Shown here: piece by piece, positions 1 to 9,737 of the stretch
Position numbering within the stretch: position 1 is the stretch's first letter
Layout of the letters: each line of letters begins with the position of its first letter
Sequence record: SRR2962707_1512
DNA: 33,215 bases
Direction: 5' to 3' (one strand)
Position numbers and translations under genes: made by a program
Notes under the pieces: generated by a model
The model's input: the letters and a program-made list of their open reading frames with translations, nothing else
Databases searched by the model: none
What the model was told of the DNA's origin: nothing

Positions 1-203
1 AGGGTGCCGACATGGCCCCAGTTGATCTCGTCGGGGTGGGCGTTGAAGTGGTCGTCGCTCAGGCTCGACAAGCGGGCGAGCATCTCGTCGATCTCGGCTT
101 TCTTGCCCATGAAGGCGCTAAGCGCTGCTTCCTTGTTCCGCGCGGCCTTCTCGGCGCGCAGTTGGTGGCGGGAAGTTGTCTGCGGGTTCAGGCGGGTCAT
201 CAT
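1..203 (-). CDS. Small prophage hypothetical protein, runs off the left edge
   Basis: Manual translation from ATG at 203: MMTRLNPQTTSRHQLRAEKAARNKEAALSAFMGKKAEIDEMLARLSSLSDDHFNAHPDEINWGHVGT. A GGAG RBS lies upstream. Not in the ORF track because no stop falls in the window. Confidence 0.8.
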   Translation of the reverse strand, partial: MMTRLNPQTTSRHQLRAEKAARNKEAALSAFMGKKAEIDEMLARLSSLSDDHFNAHPDEINWGHVGT

Positions 204-261
204 GGCGGCTCCGTTGTGAGTTGCATCGTTTTCTTGAGACCACGTTCGCTCTGGTGCGGAG

Positions 262-280
262 GCTTATCAACTACATAAGC
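262..280. promoter_or_regulatory. Inverted repeat GCTTAT-N7-ATAAGC in the divergent intergenic region, candidate operator
   Basis: Perfect 6-bp inverted repeat in the AT-rich gap between the divergent 203(-) and 312(+) starts. Confidence 0.35.
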
Positions 281-311
281 ACATGATTTTGAATGATAAT
301 CGGAGTGCGCA

Positions 312-872
312 ATGGAGGGTCTGAGCGAGCGCCAATACGCCGCCCGCGTTGGCCTCTCACGCGGCGCAATCCAGAAGGCCAAGGCGACGGGGCGGCTGGT
401 TCTGTATGCTGATGGCAGCATCGACGCAGTGGCCAGCGATGCCCTGCGCGCTGAAGCAACCGATCCGTCGAAGACTCGGAAAGCGCCGCAGCCAAAACTC
501 AAACCTGTCCCGGAGGCTGCGATATCAGCCGTCGGCGAAACGCTCCGTGAACAGGGATTGGCGGCGACACAAATCGGCAGCGGCACCACGTTCCTGCAGG
601 CCAAGACGGCGAATGAAGTGCTGAAGGCGCAGGAACGGCGCCTCCGGCTACAGAAGCTGAAAGGCGAGCTGATCGACCGGGCCCGCGCGTTGTCGCTGGT
701 GTTCCGGCTGGCGCGGCAGGAGCGTGACGTCTGGGTCAACTGGCCGTCCCGAGCGGCGGCGTTGATGGCGGCCGATCTGGGCGTTGAGACCGCCGCGATG
801 CAGAAAGTTCTGGAAAAACATGTCCGTGCCCAGCTCGACGATCTTGCCGAGGTCAAACCCGATCTCCGGTGA
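312..872 (+). CDS. Terminase small subunit (Nu1-like)
   Basis: N-terminal winged-HTH-like LSERQYAARVGLSRGAIQKA; coiled coil ERRLRLQKLKGELID; GGAG RBS; directly upstream of the large terminase. Confidence 0.85.
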   Translation: MEGLSERQYAARVGLSRGAIQKAKATGRLVLYADGSIDAVASDALRAEATDPSKTRKAPQPKLKPVPEAAISAVGETLREQGLAATQIGSGTTFLQAKTANEVLKAQERRLRLQKLKGELIDRARALSLVFRLARQERDVWVNWPSRAAALMAADLGVETAAMQKVLEKHVRAQLDDLAEVKPDLR

Positions 873-2820
873 TGCCGACGATGTGCTGGATTTCGACGGG
901 GCTGCGGAAATCCTGCGCGCCTGGGGTGCTGGCCTCACGCCGGATGCGGACTTGACCGTGTCGGAATGGGCGGACCGGCACCGAATGCTTTCAGGGCGCG
1001 CTTCGGCAGAACCCGGGCGGTACCGAACGGCACGCACGCCCTACATGGGCGAAATCATGGACCGGCTTTCGCCCGGCGATCCAACGCAGCGGATCGTGTT
1101 CATGAAGGCGGCGCAGGTTGGCGCGACCGAGGCCGGGAATAACTGGATCGGCTTTGCGATCCACCAGGCACCGGGTCCAATGCTGGCGGTCCAGCCAACG
1201 GTGGAATTGGCGAAACGAAACTCGCGCCAGCGGATCGACCCGCTGATCGACGAGAGCCCCGAATTGCGGGAGCGGGTCAAACCGGCCCGGTCCCGCGACG
1301 CGGGCAATACGATGCTTTCCAAAGAGTTCGCGGGCGGCATCCTGATCATGACCGGGGCTAACTCAGCCGTGGGGCTGCGCTCGACACCCGCGCGCTACAT
1401 CTTCCTCGACGAGGTCGATGCCTATCCGGCATCCGCTGACGACGAAGGCGATCCGGTCACGCTGGCCGAAGCGCGGTCGCTGACATTTGCCCATCGGCGT
1501 AAGGTGTTCCTGGTCTCGACGCCGACGATCCGGGGGCTCAGCCGGATCGAGCGCGAGTTCGAGGCGAGCGATCAGCGGCGGTTCTTCGTGCCATGCCCAC
1601 ATTGCGGTCAGGAACAGTGGCTCAAGTTCGAACGGCTGCGCTGGCAAAAGGGGCGGCCAGAGACTGCTGAATATCACTGCGAGGGCTGCGACCAGCCCAT
1701 CGCAGAGCACCACAAGACGGCGATGCTGGAGGCTGGCGAATGGCGCGCGACTGCGACGGCCGCCGATCCTGGCACTGTCGGCTATCATCTCTCGGCGCTC
1801 TATTCGCCGATCGGCTGGCTGAGTTGGGAGCGGATCGTGCGGACATGGGACGCGGCCCAAGGGTCGGACGAGGCGATCAAGGCATTCCGCAATACAATCC
1901 TTGGCGAGACATGGGTCGAAACCGGCGAGGCGCCGGACTGGCAGCGCTTGGCGGACCAGCGCGAGACTTGGGATGGAGGGAAGTTTCCAGAGCGGGGCTT
2001 GTTCCTGACCGCCGGGGCGGACGTTCAGAAAGATCGCATTGAGGTCGATGTCTGGGCCTGGGGCCGCGGGCTGGAGAGCTGGCTGGTCGATCACCTGGTC
2101 ATTGAGGGCGGGCCCGGCGATCCGGGTTGCTGGCAGCAGCTGACCAATTTGCTCGGTCAGACCTGGGAGCATGCCTCAGGTCAACCGATGACCTTGGCAC
2201 GTCTGGCGATCGATACCGGCTACGAGACCAGTGCCGTGTATGCCTGGTCGCGACAGGTCGGCTTCGCGCAGGTAGCTCCGGTTAAAGGCGTCGAGGGATT
2301 CAACCGCTCGAGCCCGGTCACTGGCCCGACGTATGTGGACGCGACCATCGCAGGCAAACGGCTGCGGCGCGGTGCGCGGCTTTGGACGGTCGCCACGTCG
2401 ACCTTCAAGACCGAGACCTATCGCTATTTGCGGCAGGACCGGCCGACGCGGGAGGAAATCGAGGCTGGGCACCTTTGCCCGCCCGGAACGATCCATCTGC
2501 CAAACTGGGCTGACGGCGAGTGGCTGAAGCAATTCACGGCCGAACAACTGATCACGGTGCGCACCAAACGCGGCTTTGCCCGGCTCGAATGGCAGAAGCT
2601 GCGCGAACGCAATGAAGCTCTGGATTGTCGCGTCTATGCCCGGGCAGCCGCTTGGATATTGGGCGCAGACCGTTGGTCCGATGCGCGGTGGACTGATCTG
2701 GAAGCACAGGTCGGGATCACGGCGGAGGACATGGCTGAGGACGGGGCGGGAAACACCACGCCCGCTTCTCGGCGCGCGGGACCACAGCGGCGAACCGTGC
2801 GCTCAAGTTACATGAGGTGA
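820..2820 (+). CDS. Terminase large subunit, lambda GpA family (start uncertain: 784, 820 or 844)
   Basis: Walker A-like MKAAQVGATE, Walker B YIFLDEVDAY, VSTPT coupling motif, CPHC...CEGC zinc motif, nuclease GADVQ and RNEALDC. Confidence 0.97.
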   Translation: MSVPSSTILPRSNPISGDADDVLDFDGAAEILRAWGAGLTPDADLTVSEWADRHRMLSGRASAEPGRYRTARTPYMGEIMDRLSPGDPTQRIVFMKAAQVGATEAGNNWIGFAIHQAPGPMLAVQPTVELAKRNSRQRIDPLIDESPELRERVKPARSRDAGNTMLSKEFAGGILIMTGANSAVGLRSTPARYIFLDEVDAYPASADDEGDPVTLAEARSLTFAHRRKVFLVSTPTIRGLSRIEREFEASDQRRFFVPCPHCGQEQWLKFERLRWQKGRPETAEYHCEGCDQPIAEHHKTAMLEAGEWRATATAADPGTVGYHLSALYSPIGWLSWERIVRTWDAAQGSDEAIKAFRNTILGETWVETGEAPDWQRLADQRETWDGGKFPERGLFLTAGADVQKDRIEVDVWAWGRGLESWLVDHLVIEGGPGDPGCWQQLTNLLGQTWEHASGQPMTLARLAIDTGYETSAVYAWSRQVGFAQVAPVKGVEGFNRSSPVTGPTYVDATIAGKRLRRGARLWTVATSTFKTETYRYLRQDRPTREEIEAGHLCPPGTIHLPNWADGEWLKQFTAEQLITVRTKRGFARLEWQKLRERNEALDCRVYARAAAWILGADRWSDARWTDLEAQVGITAEDMAEDGAGNTTPASRRAGPQRRTVRSSYMR

Positions 2821-2858
2821 AGGGGCTGGAAATGCAGGGTCATGTTGGCCGGGCCGGT

Positions 2859-3752
2859 TCAATGCAGGCAGCATTTCTTGAACTTCTTGCCGCTGCCGCA
2901 GGGACAGGGATCGTTGCGGCCAAGTTTGTCAGGTGTCTTTGTGAGGGCCTCTGTCCAGGGGGCCACGCGCAAGGCGTTGTCAACTTTGCGGGTCTTCTGC
3001 TGGATGAGAAACTCATCGGTATAACAATGCCATTTCGACAACTCATCGATGGCATTGGTGATCAGGGCTTTCTGGTAACGACGGTTTGCGGGGGAAACAC
3101 CTTCGTTGAGGGTGGCCTCCAGATCCTCAAGGAAATGCCCGAAGTCGCAATACTCTTTCGGGATCAGGCCCTGGTCGAAAGCCTCGCGCACGGGCTCGGA
3201 CATGTCCTCGAGCCCGAGGGCGGCAATGGCGTCCATCCAGCCGGTCAGGACGTCCGTGGGTATTTTGGGGCAGCGCTGGCGAAAGGTCCGAATGTAATCC
3301 TCGATCATGTGGCGTTCTGCGGGGTGCTGTTGCGCGATCAAGACGAGAGCGTTGATCAGCGACGAACGCGCGAATTCGTCAGCCTTCCTGTCCTCGATCG
3401 CGTCGAACACGGGCTGCAGGTCACCGTCGAATGTTCCGGCGATGACGCGAAAGCTCGTTTCGGTGACAGCGTCCCCGAGGAGATGGTCGATGACCTTGGT
3501 TGGACGACGGAGCATCTGAACCAAAGGGCGATAGGCACGAGGATCCTGCCATTCGCCCAGCATGTGGAAGATCGGAATAAAAGCCATCAGATCAGCGTCT
3601 TTCATTGCTGGGATACGCTGATGTGCGAGGCGGGTTACGAGATCGATGAAGACTGGCGCCATTTCTTCGCGCCGGGTGCCTGCTTCGGCCATGGCGGTTT
3701 TCGGAAAAATGTCGTCGCGCGCGAGATCGCGCATGATTTCGGTCGGGGTCAT
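2859..3752 (-). CDS. DUF1186-like helical protein with C-terminal SEC-C motif (moron)
   Basis: C-terminus [18 protein letters not shown] is a canonical SEC-C motif. The gene is antisense to the operon, between terL and gpW. Confidence 0.85.
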   Translation of the reverse strand: MTPTEIMRDLARDDIFPKTAMAEAGTRREEMAPVFIDLVTRLAHQRIPAMKDADLMAFIPIFHMLGEWQDPRAYRPLVQMLRRPTKVIDHLLGDAVTETSFRVIAGTFDGDLQPVFDAIEDRKADEFARSSLINALVLIAQQHPAERHMIEDYIRTFRQRCPKIPTDVLTGWMDAIAALGLEDMSEPVREAFDQGLIPKEYCDFGHFLEDLEATLNEGVSPANRRYQKALITNAIDELSKWHCYTDEFLIQQKTRKVDNALRVAPWTEALTKTPDKLGRNDPCPCGSGKKFKKCCLH

Positions 3753-3817
3753 GGTTTTGCCCTCACTCGGGATTCGGTTGGCTCAATGAAACATATTCCC
3801 AAGTCAGGTCAATTCAG

Positions 3818-4033
3818 ATGCCGACATTGACGGAAATCCGTAGTCGCCGCGAGACCCTGGCTGTTCAGCGTTCCTCTGGCGTGGCGCGCGTCAGCTATGA
3901 CGGAAAGACGGTGGATTATCGCAGCGTCGCGGAAATCGACCGGGCCATCGAGGCGCTTGACCGCGAGATCGCGGCTGCTGAAGGACGGCGGATCGTTCGG
4001 CAGGTGCGTGTCACGACGACGAAGGGTCTTTGA
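3818..4033 (+). CDS. Head-tail joining protein, gpW-like
   Basis: 71 aa with SGVARVSYDGKTVDYRSVAEIDRAI, directly before the portal gene. Confidence 0.9.
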   Translation: MPTLTEIRSRRETLAVQRSSGVARVSYDGKTVDYRSVAEIDRAIEALDREIAAAEGRRIVRQVRVTTTKGL

Positions 4034-4036
4034 TCC

Positions 4037-5548
4037 ATGGGCATGTTTGATCGTTTCCGTCGCCTATCCTCGGGCGGCCCGGCAGCCGTGTCAGCGCGCC
4101 TCGAAGGCGCTATGGCGAAACGACGGCTTCGCGGCTGGAACCCGCCGCTAGAGAACATCAATTCGCTGATCGCCTCGGGCGGCCCCCGCCTGCTGGCGCG
4201 GTCGCGCGAGTTAGTCGTCACCAACGGCTATGCCGCCAATGCCTGCGAGGCATTTGCGTCGAACATGATCGGTGACGGGATCAAGCCGTCGTCGCTGATC
4301 ACCGATGCGGCGTTGCGTGACAGTGTTCAGCAGCTCTGGCTCGCATGGACTGACGAGGCCGATGCCGACGGTCTGACCGACTTCTACGGCTTGCAGGCCA
4401 TGGTGGCGCGCGAGATGTTCGTGGCGGGCGAGTGCTTCGTGCGGATGCGCCCCCGCAGAGTGGAAGACGGATTACTGGTGCCTTTGCAGCTTCAGCTTCT
4501 CCAGTCGGAGATGTTGCCGTTCGAGAAGACCGAAACTGCGGCAAACGGCAATTGCATCCGCTGCGGGATTGAATTTGACGGCATCGGAAGGCGCGTGGCC
4601 TATCACTTCCGTCATCGCCATCCGGGCGACAGCACCGATCAGGGGGCTGTGATCCCGGAGACGGTTCGCGTGCCAGCCGATGATGTTCTGCACATCTACC
4701 GCCCAATTGATGCGGGCCAGATCCGCGGCCTGCCGCATGTGGCGCCCGCCATGGTGCGGCTTTTTCTGTTGGACCAGTACGACGACGCCGAGCTCGACCG
4801 GAAGAAGACAGCGGCGATGTTCGCGGGGTTCATCACCAAGACCGCGCCGGAAGACCCGATGATGGGCGAGTCCGAAGCCGATCTGGACGGGGCGGCCATC
4901 GCCAGCCTCGAGCCCGGCACGATGCAGGTGCTGCTGCCCGGCGAAGATGTGAAGTTCTCCAGTCCAGCCGATGTGGGTGGAGGATATGAGGCGTTCCAAT
5001 ACCGGACACTCCTTGCTGTTTCGGCCTCGCTAGGGCTGCCCTATCACCTGGTGACCGGCGACGTGCGGCAGGCCAACTATTCGAGCCTGCGGGCCGAACT
5101 CGTGGAGTTCCGTCGCCGCATTGGCCAGCTGCAGCATGGTGTCGTCGCGCACCAGCTGTGTCGGCCGATCTGGCGGCGCTGGCTGGAAACGGCGCAACTG
5201 GCGGGCCGGTTGGACCTGTCTGATCCTGCGGCTGCGCGGATAGTGCAATGGATCCCGCCACGGTGGGACTGGGTCGATCCGCTGAAAGACATCCAGGCGC
5301 AAGTGCTTGCCATGGAGGCGGGCATTACCTCGCGCCGGAAGGTGGTCGAGGCCACGGGATATGACGTCGAAGAAGTGGACCGTGAGAATGCGGCGGATGC
5401 CAAGCGTGTCGCTGATCTGGGCCTTAGCTACAGGACCAGCCCCGGCGAAACACAGGGCGCGCGAGCGACACCCGCAGCGCGACCGGATCCGGGTGATGGC
5501 ACAGGCGAAGGATCAGGCTCTACCGATCCCGCTACCGAACAGGAGTAA
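4037..5548 (+). CDS. Portal protein, lambda family
   Basis: Motifs LARSRELVVTNGYA, GQIRGLP, ANYSSLRA and WDWVDPLKD; size and position fit. Confidence 0.96.
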   Translation: MGMFDRFRRLSSGGPAAVSARLEGAMAKRRLRGWNPPLENINSLIASGGPRLLARSRELVVTNGYAANACEAFASNMIGDGIKPSSLITDAALRDSVQQLWLAWTDEADADGLTDFYGLQAMVAREMFVAGECFVRMRPRRVEDGLLVPLQLQLLQSEMLPFEKTETAANGNCIRCGIEFDGIGRRVAYHFRHRHPGDSTDQGAVIPETVRVPADDVLHIYRPIDAGQIRGLPHVAPAMVRLFLLDQYDDAELDRKKTAAMFAGFITKTAPEDPMMGESEADLDGAAIASLEPGTMQVLLPGEDVKFSSPADVGGGYEAFQYRTLLAVSASLGLPYHLVTGDVRQANYSSLRAELVEFRRRIGQLQHGVVAHQLCRPIWRRWLETAQLAGRLDLSDPAAARIVQWIPPRWDWVDPLKDIQAQVLAMEAGITSRRKVVEATGYDVEEVDRENAADAKRVADLGLSYRTSPGETQGARATPAARPDPGDGTGEGSGSTDPATEQE

Positions 5549-5552
5549 CACC

Positions 5553-6569
5553 ATGAACAGTTGGTACACGATCCGCGCCCAAGCTTCGGGCGCGGAAGTG
5601 CTCATCTATGACGAAATCGGGGCTTATGGCGTTTCGGCCAAGGGCTTTCTGGCCGAGTTGGGCGCGCTGCCGGATGACGTGCCCATCGATTTGCGCCTCA
5701 ACAGCCCCGGCGGGTCGGTCTTTGATGCCGTGGCGATCTACAATGCACTGAGCCGTCACGCAGGCACTATCACTGTCTGGATCGACGGCATTGCTGCCTC
5801 GGCTGCGAGCTACATTGCCATGGCGGGCGATGAGGTCGTCATGCCGGAAAACGCCTTCCTGATGATCCACGACCCATCCGGCATTGTCATGGGCACGGCG
5901 GCGGACATGCGCGGCATGGCAGGGACGCTGGACAAAATCGCGTCCAGCATGACCCGTGGCTACGCCGCCAAATCCGGCAAATCTGAGGACGAGATCGCGG
6001 CTCTGCTGTCGGCCGAGACCTGGTTCGATGCGGCCGAGGCGCTGGAGGCGGGCCTTGCGACGCGCATTGCAGAGCCAGTGCGCATTGCCGCCAGCTTTGA
6101 CATTGGCCGGTTCCGCAACGCACCGCCTGAATTGGTCGAAGCGGTCGAGCCGGAAATGGTGACAATGGATGCTGACATCGTTGCAGACGACAACAATGTT
6201 GACCTTGCTGCTGGGGCTGGGCTTCTGGCGGAGAGCGCGCCGGGTGTTGCCGACAGGAACACCCAATCGAGCAGAGCAGAGAGCACTGTTGCAGCCGCCA
6301 ACACTGCGCCGGACGCCGCCGCCATTCGCGCTGAGGCCATCGCGCATGCGCGCGCGGTGATCGACCTCTGCCACCTTGCGGGCCAGCCGCAGATGGCTGG
6401 GCGGTTGCTTGAGGAGGACGCCAGCTTCGATGCGGTGCGCACGAAGCTTCTGGCTGCCAGAGCCGAGGCCGAGCCGCAGATCACCTCCCATCACCCCCAA
6501 CCGGGTCCAAACCCGACGACGCGCCCTTGGGGCGATGTCATCGCCCGCACGTTCAAACTGAAAGGCTGA
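5553..6569 (+). CDS. ClpP-type head maturation protease with C-terminal scaffold region
   Basis: NSPGGSVFD, GIAASAAS and LMIHDP motifs; AGGAG RBS before ATG 5553; Ala/acidic-rich C-terminus. Confidence 0.93.
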   Translation: MNSWYTIRAQASGAEVLIYDEIGAYGVSAKGFLAELGALPDDVPIDLRLNSPGGSVFDAVAIYNALSRHAGTITVWIDGIAASAASYIAMAGDEVVMPENAFLMIHDPSGIVMGTAADMRGMAGTLDKIASSMTRGYAAKSGKSEDEIAALLSAETWFDAAEALEAGLATRIAEPVRIAASFDIGRFRNAPPELVEAVEPEMVTMDADIVADDNNVDLAAGAGLLAESAPGVADRNTQSSRAESTVAAANTAPDAAAIRAEAIAHARAVIDLCHLAGQPQMAGRLLEEDASFDAVRTKLLAARAEAEPQITSHHPQPGPNPTTRPWGDVIARTFKLKG

Positions 6570-6573
6570 AATC

Positions 6574-6945
6574 ATGACCACGCTCACTGAAGGCAAACAC
6601 GCGGGTGGCTTCCTCGTCTGGGAAGTGCTGCGCGACTTCACCCGTGAAACCGTCATTCTCGCATCCGGCGCTGGCAAAATCGAACCCGGCACTGTGCTGG
6701 GCAAGGTCACCACGGGCGGCAAATACACGGTGCTCGCACCTGCCGCCACAAACGGCAGTCAGAATGCCGCTGGCATTCTCTGGGACGCTGTCGATGCCAC
6801 TGATGCCGATGCGCCAGGCGTCGTGATCCTGCGCGGACCTGCCATCGTGAACCGTCACGAGATCATCTTCCCCGAGGGTGCCTCCGAGGCCCAGATCACC
6901 ACCGCCACCACGGCTCTGGCCGCGCTCGGCATCATCCTGCGCTGA
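6574..6945 (+). CDS. Head decoration protein (lambda D-like)
   Basis: GTVLGKVT and AAGIL motifs, ends LAALGIILR; sits between the protease and capsid genes. Confidence 0.88.
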   Translation: MTTLTEGKHAGGFLVWEVLRDFTRETVILASGAGKIEPGTVLGKVTTGGKYTVLAPAATNGSQNAAGILWDAVDATDADAPGVVILRGPAIVNRHEIIFPEGASEAQITTATTALAALGIILR

Positions 6946-6969
6946 GCCTGAAACTGAAAGGACATTCCC

Positions 6970-7983
6970 ATGGCCACCATGGACATCTTTGAAGGCGATG
7001 CCTTCACCATCATCGAACTCACCCGCGCGCTGGAAAACATCCCGTATAAGCCCGCGACCCTGTCGGGGTCGGGCCTGTTCGGGACGCGCGGCGTGCGCTC
7101 GCGTACCGTCGTGATCGAAAGCCGGGACGGCACGCTGTCGCTGATCCCGTTCTCCGAACGCGGCTCGGCCTATGATCAGCAAATCCCCGAACGCCGCGAT
7201 GTGCGAGCTTTCGTCTGCCGTCAGTTCAAGAAGCAGGACGTGATCTGGGCTTCTGAAATCCAGCAGGTGCGTGATTTCGGAACCGAGTCCGCCACCCAGC
7301 AGGTCCAGGCTGAAGTGGCGCGCAAGTTGGGCCGGTTGCGCAACGATGCCGAAACCACGTTCGAGTATCACCTGTTCAACGGTATCCAGGGGCTGGTGAA
7401 AGACCCGCGCGATGGCGCCACGGTGGTGAACTACTTCACCGAATTCGGCATCACTCCCGCCACAGAGGTGGATTTTGATCTCGACAACGCCACCCCGGCC
7501 TCGGGTGCGCTGCGCAAACGTTGCCAGGCGCTGATCGAAAGCGTCGAGGATGTGATGGGCGGGCTTGCCACCGGTGCGATTGCGCTGCGCGCGGAATGCG
7601 GCTCGGCCTTTTTTGCCGATCTGGTGGCGCACAAGGAGGTGCGCGAGACCTACCTCAACACGGCCGCCGCCGCCGATCTGCGCAGCCGCATCGCCGACGA
7701 GGTCAGCTTTGGCGGCATCACCTTCCGCCGTTACCGCGGTGGCGCGGGCTTTGGTGTCGCGACCGACAAGGCGGTGTTCTATCCCGAAGCCGTCGACGGG
7801 CTGTTCGAGATCTACCACGCCCCCGCCGACACCTTCGAGACCGTGAACACACTGGGACAATCGCTTTATGCGCGGATGATCCCCGACCGGGATCGTGACG
7901 AATGGATCCGCCTTGAGATCGAGTCGAACCCGCTGCCGATCTGCACCCGCCCGCAGGTGCTGCGCTCGGCGCGGCGGACGTGA
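6970..7983 (+). CDS. Major capsid protein (lambda E family)
   Basis: 337 aa; FGGITFRRYRG, APADTFETVNTLG and ESNPLPICTRP motifs; AAGGA RBS. Confidence 0.93.
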   Translation: MATMDIFEGDAFTIIELTRALENIPYKPATLSGSGLFGTRGVRSRTVVIESRDGTLSLIPFSERGSAYDQQIPERRDVRAFVCRQFKKQDVIWASEIQQVRDFGTESATQQVQAEVARKLGRLRNDAETTFEYHLFNGIQGLVKDPRDGATVVNYFTEFGITPATEVDFDLDNATPASGALRKRCQALIESVEDVMGGLATGAIALRAECGSAFFADLVAHKEVRETYLNTAAAADLRSRIADEVSFGGITFRRYRGGAGFGVATDKAVFYPEAVDGLFEIYHAPADTFETVNTLGQSLYARMIPDRDRDEWIRLEIESNPLPICTRPQVLRSARRT

Positions 7984-8294
7984 TGAACGCCGTCGCAATG
8001 GCGTTGGATGCGTTGTTCACGGACCGCAATGTCGGGGTTGATGCCGTCTACACTCCCGAAGGTGGTACGCCTGTCCTAATCCGCGTTGTTGCCCGCCGCG
8101 CAGATGAGATCACCGACTTCGGCGATGCGCGTCTCTGGTCAGAAACGACACGCGTCGATCTGCGTGTCGCAGAGGTGCCAAATCCGCGTCCCGGCGACCG
8201 TATCGAAATCAACGCCGAGGCATTCCTCATTCAGGGCGAGCCGGTGCGGGATCGCGAGCGGCTGGTCTGGACCGTTGATCTGAGGCCCGCGTGA
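7983..8294 (+). CDS. Head-tail joining/closure protein (FII-like)
   Basis: About 103 aa, beta-rich (PRPGDRIEI...WTVDLRPA); TGATG overlap with the capsid stop. Confidence 0.75.
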   Translation: MNAVAMALDALFTDRNVGVDAVYTPEGGTPVLIRVVARRADEITDFGDARLWSETTRVDLRVAEVPNPRPGDRIEINAEAFLIQGEPVRDRERLVWTVDLRPA

Positions 8295-8923
8295 AACTGA
8301 AGCTCGACATCGATCCGGACATCGTCGCGATGATGGCAGCCGAGGTCGCAGCGGGCGAGCGCGCAGTGACAGCCGCCATGCGCGAGGCAGGGACCGGGCT
8401 CAAGACTGCCTGGCGCGGCCAGATCACCGGTGCGGGGCTCGGGCGACGGCTTGCCAATTCGATCCGCAACCAGAACTTCCCGAAGTCTGGCGAGAGCCTG
8501 AATGCCGCGGCTTTGGTCTGGTCGAAAGCTCCAGTGATCATTGGCGCGCACGACTCTGGCCCGCTGATCCGGTCTAAGAATGGTTTCTGGCTGGCAATCC
8601 CGACGCCAGCCGCGGGCAAATCCACACGTGGCGGTCGGATCACCCCCGGCGAATGGGAGCGACGACGCGGGCTGCGCCTGCGCTTCGTCTATCGCCGGAC
8701 GGGACCGAGCCTTCTGGTCGCGGAGGGGCGGTTGAACACCAAGGGTCAGGCGGTGGTGTCACGTTCGAAAACAGGCCGCGGAAAGGTCACCGCGCCGATC
8801 TTCCTGCTGGTTCCGCAGGTGAAGCTGCCGAAGCGGCTGGATCTCAGCCGCGACGCCGAGCGGGCGTTGGACAGCGTGCCGGGGCTGATCGTGGCGAACT
8901 GGGTGTACAAGCGGTTTGATTGA
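8291..8923 (+). CDS. Neck/tail completion protein (DUF6441-like)
   Basis: Basic 210 aa protein with FWLAIPT and FLLVPQVKLPKRLDL; GTGA overlap; position in the neck module. Confidence 0.75.
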   Translation: MKLKLDIDPDIVAMMAAEVAAGERAVTAAMREAGTGLKTAWRGQITGAGLGRRLANSIRNQNFPKSGESLNAAALVWSKAPVIIGAHDSGPLIRSKNGFWLAIPTPAAGKSTRGGRITPGEWERRRGLRLRFVYRRTGPSLLVAEGRLNTKGQAVVSRSKTGRGKVTAPIFLLVPQVKLPKRLDLSRDAERALDSVPGLIVANWVYKRFD

Positions 8924-8950
8924 ACAGCAGATCTACGGGTCGCCAGATGC

Positions 8951-8980
8951 TTGTTCCGAGTTCTTCCCTCGACTGATAAT
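8951..8980 (+). promoter_or_regulatory. Possible sigma70-type promoter for the HEPN moron
   Basis: TTGTTC-N18-GATAAT about 60 nt upstream of ATG 9038. Confidence 0.3.
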
Positions 8981-9037
8981 AGGTTCTTGTGGCTGCCATA
9001 TGCAGTGACAGTTCCAACATGAGTGGGGTATCGGGAC

Positions 9038-9736
9038 ATGGAATACAACGGCTTCATTTCGACGCTCATTAAACGAAGCGAAAGCCTGCTTCTTTCCCAG
9101 CCAGATGACGATTTGAATGTCACGCGCCATCTTCTTGTCATGAATACAGGATTTGCTTTGGTACGGGACCGAATTCGGTACTGGGACGACTCCGATGACA
9201 TGGGTGTGAGAATGCAAAATCCTTGGAAAAAGGTGCAGAAAGCTTGCAAGAGTAGGCTTGCAAAACCTGTCACTGTTGATGAGAAGCAGTTCTTCGAGAA
9301 GTTCCGCACGTGTAACGACTGGGTCTATTTGCGCATACTCAAGGAGCACCAGAGAGGTCCGCTTTCCGGACACAACGTTGTTCGCTCTCTGGAAAATTCC
9401 GAAGAAAGACCGATCGAAGATTTGAAACTAGATGCCGTTATGTGGGCACTTCGAAATTCGTTTGCCCACGGTGGATTATTGCCAATGTCACCTAGTCAGG
9501 CTGGCCCACGACGCTGCAAGTCCAATCCTGTCAGGTTAAGTCGGGCGAGCGATGAAAGCCAGATCGACAGGGTCTACTTCGTCTCGAACTGGACTGGCGA
9601 TTCCATCCAAGATGTTCGCGGGTGGATCGTCATGGAATTCGGGCTCGACGCTCTGAATGCCTTTTGGAACGACTGGTGCACTCTCCTGCTGGCTTCAGGT
9701 CAAAAGGCGCTTCACCAACTCGACCGAGCTGCCTGA
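9038..9736 (+). CDS. Putative HEPN-domain ribonuclease (moron; alternative GTG start at 9023)
   Basis: RxxxxH motif LRNSFAHG at 9452-9469 following a helical N-terminus; visibly lower GC than the flanking genes. Confidence 0.7.
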   Translation: MEYNGFISTLIKRSESLLLSQPDDDLNVTRHLLVMNTGFALVRDRIRYWDDSDDMGVRMQNPWKKVQKACKSRLAKPVTVDEKQFFEKFRTCNDWVYLRILKEHQRGPLSGHNVVRSLENSEERPIEDLKLDAVMWALRNSFAHGGLLPMSPSQAGPRRCKSNPVRLSRASDESQIDRVYFVSNWTGDSIQDVRGWIVMEFGLDALNAFWNDWCTLLLASGQKALHQLDRAA

Positions 9737-9737
9737 C

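Noticed and set aside
2817-3830. 337-aa + strand ORF
   Set aside because: Antisense shadow of the SEC-C gene, which has a clear motif.
5307-5552. N-terminal extension of the protease ORF
   Set aside because: It overlaps the portal gene; the RBS supports ATG 5553.
5532-7998. Long minus-strand ORFs (405 aa and 481 aa), and likewise 12657..14567
   Set aside because: Antisense shadows of high-GC structural genes, with no recognisable motifs.
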